Assembly (NCBI GenBank): GCA_008632985.1
Contig: QPGO01000001.1
Location: 186,001-239,118, forward strand
Length of the DNA stretch: 53,118 nucleotides
Source: Psammoneis japonica
Taxonomy: Eukaryota
Direction: 5' to 3'
The notes under the pieces: model-generated
The model's input: only the letters and a program-made list of their open reading frames with translations
Database searches by the model: none
What the model was told of the DNA's origin: nothing
Made by a program: the position numbers and the translations under genes
In this document: positions 36,033 to 48,998 of the stretch, piece by piece
How positions within the stretch are numbered: the stretch's first letter is position 1
How the letters are laid out: the number at the start of each line of letters is the position of its first letter

Positions 36033-38353
36033 CTACACTTCCGATACAGCTGCACTCAAGTTGTAGAAAAAATTGTTCATCACATTTCTCACACCTTGAT
36101 CAGAGATAAGACCAAACCGTGTATCCGTGCTTGAATGGAGAAAGAACCGTGTATATGTCGGAGCCGTGAAACTCATGCTTGCAACTTTTGCGTCTTCTCC
36201 CCAAAAATTCTTACACACGAGTCTCTTTTCTTCTCTACCACCGATGTCTTTCCACACTTTCATCCCCTTATTCAATCGTTCGGGCTTTGGAAACTGATTG
36301 AATGAGCAATCGAATCCGAATGAAAACTCACGTGAGTCTTCTTGAACGATATGAATCGGGCTCCTTTTGCCATGATCACTACCGACTCCTTTGCTGGACA
36401 ATGCCTCGTCCGCTGTCCGATTCAACAACAGTTCAAAATATCCCTGCAAATCATATTTAGGCAAGGTCGCATCCTTCTTGCCATTACGGATGTCTTCCAG
36501 CAACTCATTCTCGAGGTTTCGAATATCCTGAACAGTTGCTTTGTCCAAAGAGAATATATCACCAAAGCAATGGTTCCTCCTTTTCCCAAGGTGATAACCG
36601 TAGACCCAAGGTACTGCAGCATTCACGGCTGCTCTGTCAAATATAACTGTGTCTAGATCAACCCACACTGGTTGAGGCTGTCCGTCAACCAAATACTCTT
36701 CGAAAACGTCAAGCTTTGCTCTTGATAGTGCAAGCCACATGTTCTTGACCTTGTATGGGTTGTCCCAATATGATTCCTCAATGTCATGAAAAACTAGTCC
36801 GCTCATTGCGGTCCCCATTGTTGTTAACCCTTGAGACCCCTCAAGAATGTACGACGCTCGTGCTTTCTCGGGTGGCTGCAAATGCAAAAGCGACAATGAT
36901 ATTGACATGTGAGATGACTACCGTTCGCAGGAAAACGGACTGCCGTTAGAAGTCGAACTCACCAGATTTGAGTGCACATGAAGCTGAACAGCACAGCCAT
37001 GCGATCTCACGAGTGACGAATACAAAATGCGAAGAGCTCTGCCTGCCTCTTGCACAGACCACCGAGACGTCTCTGTTGAAACAGCAAAAGTTACAAACAC
37101 TGGGGCTTCATCGATGTCGCACGGAGTTTCCAACCTCTGAGCGTACGGCAATTCTTGTATAACCTCTTGATGATGCACCCATTGCCTTTGTCTGAAAATG
37201 GCAACACAGGGAGTTTCTTTCTATACTTGGGATCAGAAAAGTCAATCGTTTTATGCAGACGACATTTATGGTAGTTCGGTGCTTCGTGCTGGTGTTCCCT
37301 GCAGATTTTGCTCGCGGATTTGTAGTCGTAGTCTTTCAACGGAACTATTTGCTCTTTCCAGTTTCCATACTTCTTCAAAATCACCCTCTTTTGCGACGTG
37401 TATAGCTCTGCGGCGGCAATCTTGGCTTGGGAATGGACGTAATCCGTCTCTGGGCTTGGTTGGAAAACAGACAGCTTGTCAACGGAGCTGCAGCATGAAA
37501 TGACGGCATCTCGCACTGCGTCATGTACCAGTTGATGCTGCGGATGACCATACTCGCCCTCTGGCCCATGCGTGATGATCTTTTCCCACTCTCTACTACA
37601 GACCAGGTTTCGAATGCGCTGGTGGATATGATCTTCCAACTCGGTCATTTTAGGTGAGTCCTTCCCATCTAGGAACTCAGCATGAGTGCCCAAATGCCTC
37701 TGGACGGCCATGAATTCCTGGAATCGTTCCGACGTGTGACGGCCTTTAGTACAGGTCGCAACCACGTGAGCTTTGTTTCCCTCCTTGAGCAAATACTCCC
37801 CTCCCCACAGTAGGTCATCGTCTGGGTGTGCAACTACCATCAACACAGAACGCTTTTCAATGCCCTTGGTAGTTAGGAGTGCATCGCCTTTGATGTTATT
37901 CGCCATGTCGCTCTTATTGTCGTGAACGGCCTTGTAGTTGATACTGTCTGTTGCAGAGCCAAGAGCATAGCCACTCGCTTTCATTTGAACAGCCACTTTT
38001 TCCTTGGAGATCGCCGTGTCGCTTGTCATATCGTTCGCCTTGTCGCTCTCATTGTCATGCATGGTCTTGTAGTTGATGCTGTTTGCAGCAGAGCTGAGAA
38101 CACTCGCTGACATGTTTTTCTTGGAGCTTTCTCTCTCAATTCTTGTTGACTCCGACGTATCCTGCACCGAGTGCCGCGGCTTGTTATCGCTGCTATTATT
38201 TTTTGCTGATGGTGTCTGGGTTATGAAGTGTGCTAACATGTGATTGCTGTTGAGCAAGGAGAATACGTAGCCAAAGCAAATAGCATAGAGAAACTTGACA
38301 AACAGACTCGGGCCGATCATTTCCCCGGTCTGGAGGCTTTGGCGACTTTTCAT
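36033..38353 (-). CDS. Type II membrane protein: PIG-L/LmbE-family de-N-acetylase domain fused to a putative DxD glycosyltransferase-like domain; frameshift ~37180, probable intron ~36876-36940
   Basis: VLMVVAHPDDDLLWGG and IITHGPEGEYGHPQHQLVH are PIG-L motifs. The C-terminal part reads WLALSRAKLDVF...VWVDLDT. N-terminal TM and a two-copy ~43-aa stem repeat (SINYKxxHDNxSDxAN). Confidence 0.7.
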
Positions 38354-38829
38354 GGTCTGGGTGCTATCGATCGTGGTGTTCCAGGAACCGTATGTAAACC
38401 TTGTTGTGATCTGGTTTTGTGTGCCAACTTTTCGCGCAAGAGACTTGCTCACTTTTTTCCACGATCTTTCAGCCGTTTTCGTTCTGATTCCCACAATCTT
38501 ATATTCATAGACATATGAATTTAATATTGCTTTTGGAATTTCTTAATTTTACAACTTAAGCGATACTAATAGAATATTATAAATTAAAGCCTGGATGCTA
38601 GTGTACTCCGTTACAAGACAAATTAATGTATACATTTCCCAACATTATTTAAATAGATCCGCCACTTCGAAAATTTCAAAATCTCAAATTTTCAAAAATA
38701 ACGAAGGTTCCGAACGATGATCACACATTACCGCGCCGGTAGAAACGCACGTAGAAATCTATCTGTGACGCCCTCCACAAAATTTTGAGGGACATCCACG
38801 CGACTAACAAAGCGCGTCAAATTTTGTAA

Positions 38830-40600
38830 CACCCATCACAACCACTGGCAGCATCTGAGATTTGTTCATGCGATGATGACGCCCCAACCATGAAGACCAA
38901 GCCTTGTCAAATGCTTCAAATGAAAAGGCACTGGCTTCCTCACCGCAAAATGATCCAGAGTCATTTCTTCAGCAGCCAGCTCGAACCATTTGAAATGCTC
39001 CGACAGCTGCACCACTCGAAGCCCACCCAGCGAAGCATGGCAAGTGCCTGCTTTGAAACAACAAAAGAGTGCCATTGGGATCTTCTTTGCTAGATGGGAA
39101 GCAAACTGATTGTTCCACCAAACCACAAAATGCATGACACCCAGAGTCACCTGATGGAAGTCTGCTTTGCCTGCACAAAATTCCGCCAAACAAAGAGGGG
39201 CTCGGCGGCAAAGGTTTTGAAAAGACAAAGTGCCACAGAGTGTCATTTTCTACATTTCAATTGAGTGCATGCACCTTGAGTTTTATGACCATGAACTGTC
39301 AAACAATGTGATGAGCTGGAACTTGGAGACAAGAAGAGCGTTGTTTGCAGGGGCGGCACCCGATGGAAAAGCAACTTTTTCTGGCTCATTGCTGTGAATG
39401 GTCTTTGTGACAACATCTCACATGAGAATCTTTGCATTGTTCTACAAATGTTGGAATGGGAGCATGCAGAAATAAACCTTGGCATGCCACTCTCTGATGG
39501 CCAGGGGCTGACAGTGGTCTTCCCATCCTCGACCATTGGGCTGCTGAGAATTGAGCAACAGCTGAAATGATTGTTTGTGTTTGCTTGTGATGGGTCAATC
39601 CATGTTGGCTCTCATTTTCTGTTGCTGCTGTTGCACTTTGCTTTTTCTTGCACAGTCATGAGTTCAGTCAAGAGCGGCACTTTGTTGATTGGAGATGGAG
39701 GCATTGTTCTTTCAAAAGCATCCCGGTCGGCACAATGCTGCATTTGGCAGAACATGAAAAGTGCCACAAGAGTGTGCAAACACACACCTTGTTCATTGCA
39801 GCATCCACAGCATGAAAAAAGGCACAACAAAAACTGTTTGGCATCAGCATCAAACCCCAAGTAAAATCTGCAGCCTTCCTGTGTCTTCTTTTGCTCCGCC
39901 AATTGCAGGTTTGATGATGCTGCTTCCACCATCTTCATGGATGGAATGCAACAGAGTTTTAATGGCCAAACCAAATTGCCTTTGGCAAGTGTCTTGAAGA
40001 TGCAGAACTCCATCACATCAATGAGCAAACTGTGACCTTGCAACAGCAAGAAACCTTGTTCAACAAGGTTGTGTTCATTGCCTTTTTGGTGTAATTTTTC
40101 AACCAAGCTTGGCAGCGTTGAGTCAAGCTCTGACACGTGATCACAGTGACAACTGTGATCCCAACCCATGGCATTGTCCACTGGCACAATGACCTCATGA
40201 ACCATGAAGGCTGGGATTCTTCTGCTTGATGTTCCAAACAGGTGCATCAAAAAAGAAAAAAAGGAAGCGAAAATGTTTTTGCTGCACAGGGGCCTCTGCT
40301 TGCAAGGCAGCTGTTGTGCCAAAGTGTTTTGGTCCACACTGAAAGAAGCTTTTGAGGTGCAGCCAGCGTGCTGCTTTGCATGTGCAAAAAGATGCTGCAA
40401 CTGCCATGCTCAAGTTGAAGTTGCCCCCTTCTTGTGGAAAGTCCATTGTGACATGTTCACAAGTGATGCAGCGCATGTGACGTCTCCATTTTTTCTCTCA
40501 CTCTTGTTGCACTTCACACACCATTTGTTTCCATTCCGCCTGTTTTCATTGTTCCAGAAGAGAGAGCTCTCACCTTGTGACTTGTGAGATGAAGATGTTC
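38830..40600. repeat. TpA/CpG-depleted decayed sequence, family not recognised
   Basis: Abrupt TA loss after ~38830; junk ORFs only. Confidence 0.5.
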
Positions 40601-41249
40601 TCACCCTGTTGTTGTGTTGCTCTTGTCATCTGGGTCACGTCTGATCAGAGCTTGGTGATCAAGTGCTGCACAGAACTTTTTGAGCCTTGTCTCAGTGACA
40701 GCGACATTCATTGTGATGCATCAGCAAGCAATGTGCAGACAGAGCAGAGCTTGATTTGGTCCAAGTTCTTGGGGTTTTGCTCTCATGTCCCCATGATTTG
40801 TGATGTGAACGGTGAATGTCATGCTTCCTTTGAGTGAAATGACAGTGTGAGTGTGTCTCAGCACAGTGTTGACAAGACCAGGTCACACCTTGGTCTGTCT
40901 GCTGAGATCCGAGCTGCTTGCACTTTGCTCCTGTTGTCTTTGCATTTGGAAATGTCAAGAGCCAGTGAGTCTGGTCTGTCAATTTCCAACTTCACAACTG
41001 TTGGGTCTTGTTGGTGTTGTCACTTGGTGTTGTTCCAAGCCAACACAGGCAAATCTGGCAAGGAAGGCAGAGTTTGCTGCATTGATTTCATGCATGTTTG
41101 TTCCAGCATGACAGCAGTGAATTTCAACTGTTTTCAGTTTTTGGCCAGGCCAGCCATCAGTGTCTTTCCTTTTGTCATGTTTGGGGTGACAAGCACCTGT
41201 GAGAAAGACGAAACTGCCGTTGCACTGATGACACAGATTGGAGCTGATG

Positions 41250-43080
41250 GAGAAGACAGAACTTTCCTCAAAAGAAAACTTTGGTCAGCTCACTCCTCCT
41301 GTGGGGAATGATGACTTGATCACATCCACCACCACTTGCGTGCCAACCGGTTGCCTCCTCTGCACATCACCCAGCTGTTTGAATTGGAGCTGCAACAGTG
41401 TTGCTCACACAAACTCCCAGCTCAGCTCATTCAGTCACATTTCCCACCACATTGCCAACCTTGATCACATGTTGGAAGCCAAGTGTGTTGAAAGTGTCAA
41501 CCAGGGATGTGAGAATTTCAAAATCAACAAAGACTGCCATGTCAAGATGCCCATGACAAAGGCATGCCTTTCTGGGCAGTGCCCATCTGAAGCAGAATGG
41601 TGCAAGACAGACCCCGGCTGCAGCATCTCTCCTTGCCAAGAACCGGGTGGAAAGATGAAAGGAGGCCATGTTGCCCTTTTTGTCATTTTGGGCTTTGTTG
41701 TCTTTGTTGCCATTTTCTGTGGCATTCATGCATGTCATGTGGCAAAGCAAAAGAAGCGTTGCCAAAAAATCTTTGCCAAGTGAGTTGCAGCAACAATGAG
41801 TGTGTGTTCATCTGACTTGTTCCAGACTTAGGTGCCCTCACGCGCGAAAAAATGACCCTTTTCGCATGAAACGCGCGGTCCACACTTGCGGTACCATTTT
41901 CGATAGTAAAAACATAACAATTTTCAAATGTGTTGTTATGGGTACATACAGAAAGGTCTTGTGCGTGTACCCATGTATTCGAAACTGTCGATGGACTCAG
42001 TTGTTAGTCCCTAAATTGTACCGCAAGTTGAGAGCTCTGTTTTCCGAGGAGCGATTTATAGATGTCTAAATGTGTGTAGAAACGTATAAAATATTATTCT
42101 TATATATAAATTAACCCTCCAACATAACATAATTAATCTTTGGTTACAATGCGCGAATACAACTTTGATTCAACGGATCGAATAAAACATACGTTGATTT
42201 ATAAGTTTCGGACGACGTGAGAAGAAGGGTAGCTCAGCCCACGCAATGGCGTCGACTTCGGACCATTTTTCACTGTTTAAGAGGCATAAACAATTGAGAC
42301 ACTTGAATCCGTCGAATATATTGAGGAAGTATACATGGTAATGGCAAAGAAATTGTCCTTAGAGGCAAATTGTGAGTGAATTGAGGCTCAATTGTTGTTG
42401 CTGACAGATTTAGTATTATTGTGCCGCGCTGCAACCTGTAACAAGCATTTTCACTATTGTTGTTGATGCCATAGACTATATCAAATACGGAGGTCCTCGT
42501 CATGACATTAAATTTTCCATAAGGCTGAAAAAAGTGGGCCGTCATGGTCACTGAAAGCCATGGCCGGTTTGGCTGTTTGTTTGTTCGAGTTTATTCTGTT
42601 TATTTTACTTATAAGCAATTAATATGATCAATATGATGAAATATGTACGATGTTGTATAAAGCATAAAAAAATTTTTTTCTGCGAAAAGGGGCATGTGCG
42701 CGCCACCTAAGTCTGGAACAAGTCATCTGCACACAGTTTGTCTCCCAAGGCTCTGGCATCAGAGAGTTCAAAAAGATTGATGAAACAGGCAGTGGAAGAA
42801 AAATCACAAAAGAGGAGCTCTGGGCATTTCTCAGCACTGGCAAGGCTGGAAAAATGTCTGAGTCTGATTTCAATGCATTGTGGCAAGTCATTGACAGCAA
42901 TGACAGTGGGAGTGTGGTGCGTTTTGCTTTCAGTCCAGTCTTGCACACAGGAAAAAATGCATTTTTTGGTTTCCCACAGTTTCTTGAAACTTTCAGCTTG
43001 CAGGATTTCCTTGAGTTCTGTGCATTCTTGGATGGCTGTGTGGATGGGTGCAATGCCGCGAGAGTGAATTGCACCATGTC
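41250..43080 (+). pseudogene. Decayed host-type gene for a membrane protein with C-terminal EF-hands, interrupted by a MITE
   Basis: ...EWCKTDPGCSISPCQEP...TM(VALFVILGFVVFVAIFCGI)...KIFAK*VAATMSV / SAHSLSPKALAS...FKKIDETGSGRKITKEELWAFL...DFNALWQVIDSNDSGSV...DFLEFCAFL. Removing 41814-42724 plus one TSD restores continuity. The 5' limit is uncertain. Confidence 0.7.
41814..42724. mobile_element. Non-autonomous DNA transposon (MITE-like, 911 bp) with 21-bp TIRs and 4-bp TSD ATCT
   Basis: GACTTGTTCCAGACTTAGGTG at 41814 and its reverse complement CACCTAAGTCTGGAACAAGTC ending at 42724. ATCT lies at 41810-41813 and 42725-42728. AT-rich non-coding interior. Confidence 0.9.
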
Positions 43081-43105
43081 TGTTTCCAAACTTTCCATTT
43101 GTCAC

Positions 43106-43381
43106 TGACAGAAAATGAAGGCAAATGGCAAGAATTCAAACAACAACTCCTTGCTGCTGTCCAAACAGCAGATGAGTCTCCGCTCAGAGACCGTCACAGG
43201 AGCCGAAAGACGTGCAAGTCGGTGCAATCGGGCTACTGTCATTGTTCTTGTGAGCCTTGTGGCTCGAAAGCAAACTACATCGCGCGTGAACGCGCGGAAC
43301 CAAAGCACACAAAACTGTGCACGGTAAACTAAACAGCGCGCGACACTTCGCGCGCACCCAAATCCTGTTCAAATCCTGTCA
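43106..43381 (-). repeat. 3' LTR (TpA-mutated copy)
   Basis: Direct repeat of 49942-50217; adjacent to a short purine-rich tract (minus strand AAACTGGGGAG, 43382-43392). Confidence 0.95.
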
Positions 43382-46300
43382 CTCCCCAGTTTGCTTGAGG
43401 AGCCACAGAAACAGATTCGACTTCGGATGGAATGAAGTTCCAGAACATGAGGGGGCGGAGAAGGTCCCAGATTTGGGAGCAACCCCAATGCTTGCTGAGA
43501 ATGTCAGCAGGGTTGCGGGAGCCTTCGATGAAGTGGAACTCAAGGCAACCAGAGGCAATTGCCTCACGCACACGGTGGAACGATGGTGCGGTGTGTCGCT
43601 TGTGTAACTTGGAGTGCGGGATGGTGGCACTGTCCACAGCCGACTTGTTGTCACCGAACATGTAACTGACGTTGCGGATCGGGACGCCAAGGTGGCGCAG
43701 GGTGATGCGCAGGTCGACAATCTGCTCAACACAAGTCCTTGCGGCAACAAATTCAGACCCGCAGGTTGCAGTCTCCATGGTGGCTTGTTTCTCAGAGAAC
43801 CAATCAGCCGGGAATTTGTTGAGGAAGTGGAGCATTCCCATGACAGAGCGTCCGGTGAGCATGCAATGGCACAAGTTTGCATCGACGCAGTGGGTGGCAG
43901 TGACGAACTTGCCAAGGGGCAGTGGAGCGTCCTTCGGGATCATCTCTTCTGCTTCACCATGCATGGAATGCATCCATTCATGGGCCGGAGCAGGGAGATC
44001 CGAACAGTCGGGTTCTTCCGTGCGAACGCGGAGAGCACCGTGTCGCATCTTGGAGAGGCACCCACAGACACGTTTGGCACGGTCCAAGTGGCCTTGACGG
44101 GGCGCAGCTCGGAAGCTAGAGAGTGACATGACGGCCGTGGTGATGTCAATTCGACCAAGGGACACTGCCCATTGGAGTGAACCAACAAGAGACTGGAACT
44201 TGTGAATGCCATCGGGTCCCAGCAGTTCGGAAGTGTCCAGTTCGGGGTGGTCACCCTTCTCTAGAGGTGACAGGGCGTTGGTGGCAGGTTTCTCCCCAAA
44301 CAGTCGGGCACAGCTGTCGACCATGCGCTCGATGTACTTGCGCGGAGACAGGCACAAGGTTCCGTCGGGTTCCCGGGAAAAGTCGCAACCCAGATGGAAC
44401 TCAATGGGTCCCGCACCCTTGAGCTTGAACTTGTGCTTTTCCGTGAGAGTGTCGACGAAAGATTGAGGGTCCTTCATGGCAATGGCGAGGTCATCCACAT
44501 AAATGGCAATGTGTTCACAGTGGTCGCCGTTCCTGCGCATCCAAATGTCGGGTTCGGCGCGGCAGGGGAAGAAGCCTTCAGCTCGCAGGCAGTCGGCGAA
44601 GCGCTCGTGCCAGCGGAGACCGGAGCTGCGCAGTCCATGCAGTGCCTTGTGGATGACAAGGATGTGTCCTTCGAGTTTGCCGAACTCGGGTCCAGCTGCA
44701 ATGTGAAGCTTCTCCTTGGTGGTGGCTTCAAGGCAGGCATTGCCAATGTCGGTGGCCCATGTCTCCAACTCGTTGAGTTCGGCCAGGAAAATCATCAGCC
44801 GAAGGCCACGGAGGGAGACTGCTCCGGAGCAGACACTGTCGACAGGTACGTCCGTGAGGTGCCCGTCGGCTGCGAGTCATGCCTTGTGGCGACCGTCGTG
44901 TTTCACGTCGCACACCAGGTGCACTCGGATCTTCTTGTGTCCCGCAGGAGGAGTGGAAGACTTGAAGGGCCCGCAGTCATGGAAGACTTCGTATTCGTCG
45001 AGTTGGTCCATCTCGAGATTAGTTGCGTCTCCCCACTTGCGGTTGCCGTTGCGTTCGTCTGGTGACATGGCGTGTTTGCAGTTCCGGGGAACTTCGTGTC
45101 CATGCTTGTAGCGAGGTGCAGTGCAGAAGGAGTGAAGCTTGGCTTGGTTGGCCATGCGAAATGGCTTCTTTTGGCGCCTCGCGATGGTGCGGAACCGCTT
45201 CCAGCCATCCGTGTCGAGGAGTCCGTTCTCTCGTGCATGGATGGCACAGGTGACGGGGTCGTCCTTGGCGATGATGGCAAGAGGCTCGGACGTGATCTCC
45301 CCACTTTCCCATTCAAGCATGATGTTGTAGCTGGAGCCTTTCCAGGTTGGGTCGTGAGGCTTCAGAGGTCCTTCGTGCGACACGATGCGTCGAAATTTCC
45401 AAACAGTGGTGTCTTCGTCTTCTTGCTCAATGTGATTCATGATGTCATTGCAGGCAAGGACTTCCTCGCATTCGTCATTGTTGACAGAGCAGACGAACTC
45501 AGTGAGCTCGGGATTGCCGTTCACTTTCCATTCGTGGTCTTCGACGGCCTTGACGATGCGAGCTCTGTGGCGTTGTCCGTCCTCTTGTGGCTGCATGAGG
45601 AAGGTACGTCCAATGATGTCTTGCGGATCGAAAACTGGCATCTTGGGTGTCCTGATCTCCCCATCAGGAGAGTCGACGGGGTTGTCGTCATGGCGAGATT
45701 TGATGATGGGTTCAGGTGGCTCCCCATCAGGAGGATCAAGATGCAGGTTTCGAACGGCAGGATCGGGGGCAGCGGATCGGACGTTGGACCGGCAGAGGAT
45801 CTTCTGAGTCTCGTCAGATAGAATCTTGAAGGTCATCTGGTGGCCGACGTGCTCAGCAATGCCAACGAAGCGTCCACGCAACTCATGGGATTCGGACGGC
45901 CAATCGGAGTCATCGAGGTGGAAGCACACGGGTTCCCACCAATGAATGCGAAGCAACGGGCTGATGTCCGGGGTGGAGCCAGTGAGAGTCTCGAGGGGCG
46001 TGCGCCAGTGGAGACGTGGGGACGCTGCATGGTTGAGCATGAAGCACACGTGCATGAGCGCCAGCAGCCATGCATGGGCGGGCGAACCAAAACGATCCAT
46101 GACAGTGTTCGCCATGCGCTTCACGGTCTGGTGTCGACGTTCGGCAAAGTTTTGGTGTTGCTGGTGAGGCTCACTTTGCCAGCTAGAGATGAAGAGGGCG
46201 CGCAGGATCCCGAGCACTTTGTTGCTGATCTCAACTTGAGCACGGTCGCCAATGAGTTTGGATGGGGCACCACGTTCACGGATCTGATCCTCGAGTGTGT

Positions 46301-48998
46301 TGACAAACTCTTTGTCCGTCTCAGTGCCACAGACGTCAGTGACGGTAGACTCGGTGCCAACAAACAGTTGGGCGCTGGTGCAACCAGAGTCGACGGCCGG
46401 GGTGTCGGCATGAACGGTGTCAGTGGCGATGGGCTCGTTGCGGCGGTGCACATTAAGGGCGGGGTTGGGTGATTTGCAGGCCTTGCGAAGGTGTGTGCCG
46501 GCGGGCATGCGGGCGCACTGCGTGGTGCAGTCAAAAGTACGACGGACCGCATCGGCAGGCAGGAAGCCAAAGCAAGGCCGAAGAGACTCGAAGGGGGGGT
46601 CCTTGGGCTGCACAGTGCGCTCCGGAGGTGGAACGTCATCGCCCTGGGGGCCAATCGCATGCAGATGACACTCATAGAACACGTCGTTGTTCGGAATGAG
46701 GTGATCATCGAGGGCGGACGCGTGATTGGCAGACAAGGAAGCGGACAAGATGGTCTCGTTGACAACGACACGATGACGGTAGTTGCCGCATTCATCAAAC
46801 AGGTTGGCAGTGGGATCGTCCAGCAGGTCAGAGATCGCGTCGCACCACTGGTCGTCGTCAGTGACAGAGTGATCGAGGACGGAAGGGTCCCATGTGTCAT
46901 CACCGGTGAGGATGACATGGGGCAGGGTGTCCCATTCGGCGTCAGTGTAAGGTCGCATGGCAACACAAGGCAGGCCAGCCTTGATGTCAATGGGGATGAC
47001 ATAGCCATCAGGAGTGGCAATGCATTGCAAGCCGTTGGGCACCTTGACAGAGCGATCGTTGACATCCTGTTTGCACCATTCGAGCTGGCCGCAGGAATGG
47101 ATGGTCTTGCCCTTTCCCGTGCATGCGTGCTGATGGAGGATGGCGATGACGGGACCACGCTGGGTCTCAATGACGGCACCAGCGGTGACAATGGGGATGT
47201 CCACCAATTGATGATCGTCAATGCCCTGAACGTCGACTTGGCGAGAGGTGCGTGCAATGACGCGAACGTCGTCGCCAGCAATGCCGCCGTTGGCCCCATG
47301 ATCGACCAGAGCGCCAGTGCGTGTGGATCGATGAGCAGAGGCAGAGCAAATGACATTGTGGTTGTCAACGCGGCGGCAAGTGCGGCCGTTAAGTTCCATG
47401 TCATCTGCAGAAGCTGGCGGGGCAGAGGAAGCGGCGGATGGCCCCGGTCAACTGGCAGTGGGGGCTTGGTTAGGAGACAACAGACGTTGCAGATCACCGG
47501 GTGGCAGTGGCTTGCGCTTGGTGAGGTGCGCCAGGATGGGATCATCCGAAGTGGCGTCCACATGTGGGGCGGAGTCACCAAAGTCAGCAGGAGTCGTGTT
47601 GGACAAGTTGACATCACCGTCACTCCCAAGGCGTTGGTCGTGAAGGTTGGCCGTAACAGACTCATGGCAGTTGCTGGCTCGCGGGTTGCGGGGAGGTGGA
47701 CGAGAATGCTCAAGGATGATCGCCTTGGAGGAATCGGGCAACGAATCCCAGAGCCGTTGGTGGTCAGGAGGGAGACGTCTCCATTGGACACCGGCGAGGC
47801 TGGGACCGCGGGTGCAGGCAGCATTGGCTTGAAGGACGTCAACGTCGCTGTCAATGTCGTAGAACACATCGTCGGACGGTTCCTCGGAGCAGACGTCGTG
47901 TGCGTGTGTGGCGCGTCGGGGAGCTCGAGGTGTCGTCTTGGGTTGAAACGTGCTGTCGTGCTGAGCTGCCGCGGAGAGGAGCAAGCCACAGTGTTGATCG
48001 CATGTGAGGCTCTTGCCACTCTGCGTGCGATGCTGATCAGCTTGGTTCTTGACAGCACGGAGTTCCTCGACAGGGTGCACGGCATTCTCGAGCATGACGC
48101 GCTTCTGTCCTTCAGAGAAGTGGTCACTGGCCGGGATGAGTGCCTCGCACTTGCGCAACTGATCTTGCCAATGAAGGATGAACCCGTGGGTCGGACCTTT
48201 CCAAGTGCCATCACCAAGACGCGCGGTGGTGAGGTGCGTGAGCAGGGTGGAGGACTCGACAGATGCGCGGGTGGAGGCAAGCGCGCACTCAGACAAGGAG
48301 CGGCAGACGGTCTGTGCGTCAGAAGACCCCACATTTTCGCGAATGAGAGCCTTGCCCTTGTCGGTGAGAAGGATGCGTTCGAAGACGGCGAACATGCACT
48401 TTTGCTGTTCAGCAAAGAGCAGTTTGTCTTCGGGGCTGGTCGGTTTGTACTGCGAGTCTAGAATGCACTCGACGTCTTGGGCACGGGCTTGTGCCACAAG
48501 TGAGGTGTGCCAAGTGTGCCACTGCTTGTCGGATTTGAGAGCCGTGAAAGCGGTGGGGTCACGCTTGATGCCTCGCTTGAAGTCCCGCACCGGGTCGCGT
48601 GCCTCAGTCGGGTTGGTGACATGTGGAGGTGCAAGGGGTGAGCTGCCGATGGACACGGAAGACATGCAGTCGGGGCTGAGGCGGCAGGCAAGGAACTCGT
48701 CATGCGTGAACAAAGAGGAGTCGTTGGCAACGTCAAGACCTTTGTGTGCTTTGACAATGCACAGACTGGCCAGTGCTGCCAACATGTTCTTGTGACCACG
48801 GGGCAAAGGGATTGCATTAGCGCCGTTGTCGCACTCAAGCGAGTCGATTTGGGACGGCATGAACGTGAACAGTTCCTGATGTGAGTCCGTGCCGTCTTGG
48901 GCCAAAGCCAAACGAAGAGGACTCCCAGCACCTTGGGCAAGCACGGTTCCAACCACGTGCTCGAAACCATCGGTTTGTTGCTGACGAGTGAGAACCAT
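43329..48998 (-). pseudogene. gag-pol polyprotein in a single frame, with two TGA nonsense codons (47448-47450, 44877-44879) and pervasive Tyr->Cys/His
   Basis: Gag FKRGIKRD; protease LVDHGANGG; integrase ATDT..., QQHQNFAERRHQT; RT KHDGRHKA*LAADGHLT, TDIGNACLEA, YVDD; RNase H DANL, GSEF, GDNKS, NPADILSK. The ORF pieces share one frame. Confidence 0.93.

Noticed and set aside
47400..47460. Programmed gag-pol stop-codon readthrough at the TGA
   Set aside because: A second in-frame TGA replaces the conserved Arg in KHDGRHKAR, so CGA->TGA decay explains both more simply. This is not fully excluded without other copies.
46121..48461. Long overlapping ORFs (764 aa on minus, 656 aa on plus) as extra or antisense genes
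   Set aside because: They are expected by-products of losing TAA/TAG in GC-rich TE sequence, and they contain no recognisable domains.
43329..48998. ADAR-type RNA editing, RT error or DGR-style adenine mutagenesis
   Set aside because: Changes occur on both strands (TG and CA), differ between the two LTRs, and also affect a DNA transposon and duplicated genomic DNA. There is no TR/VR arrangement.
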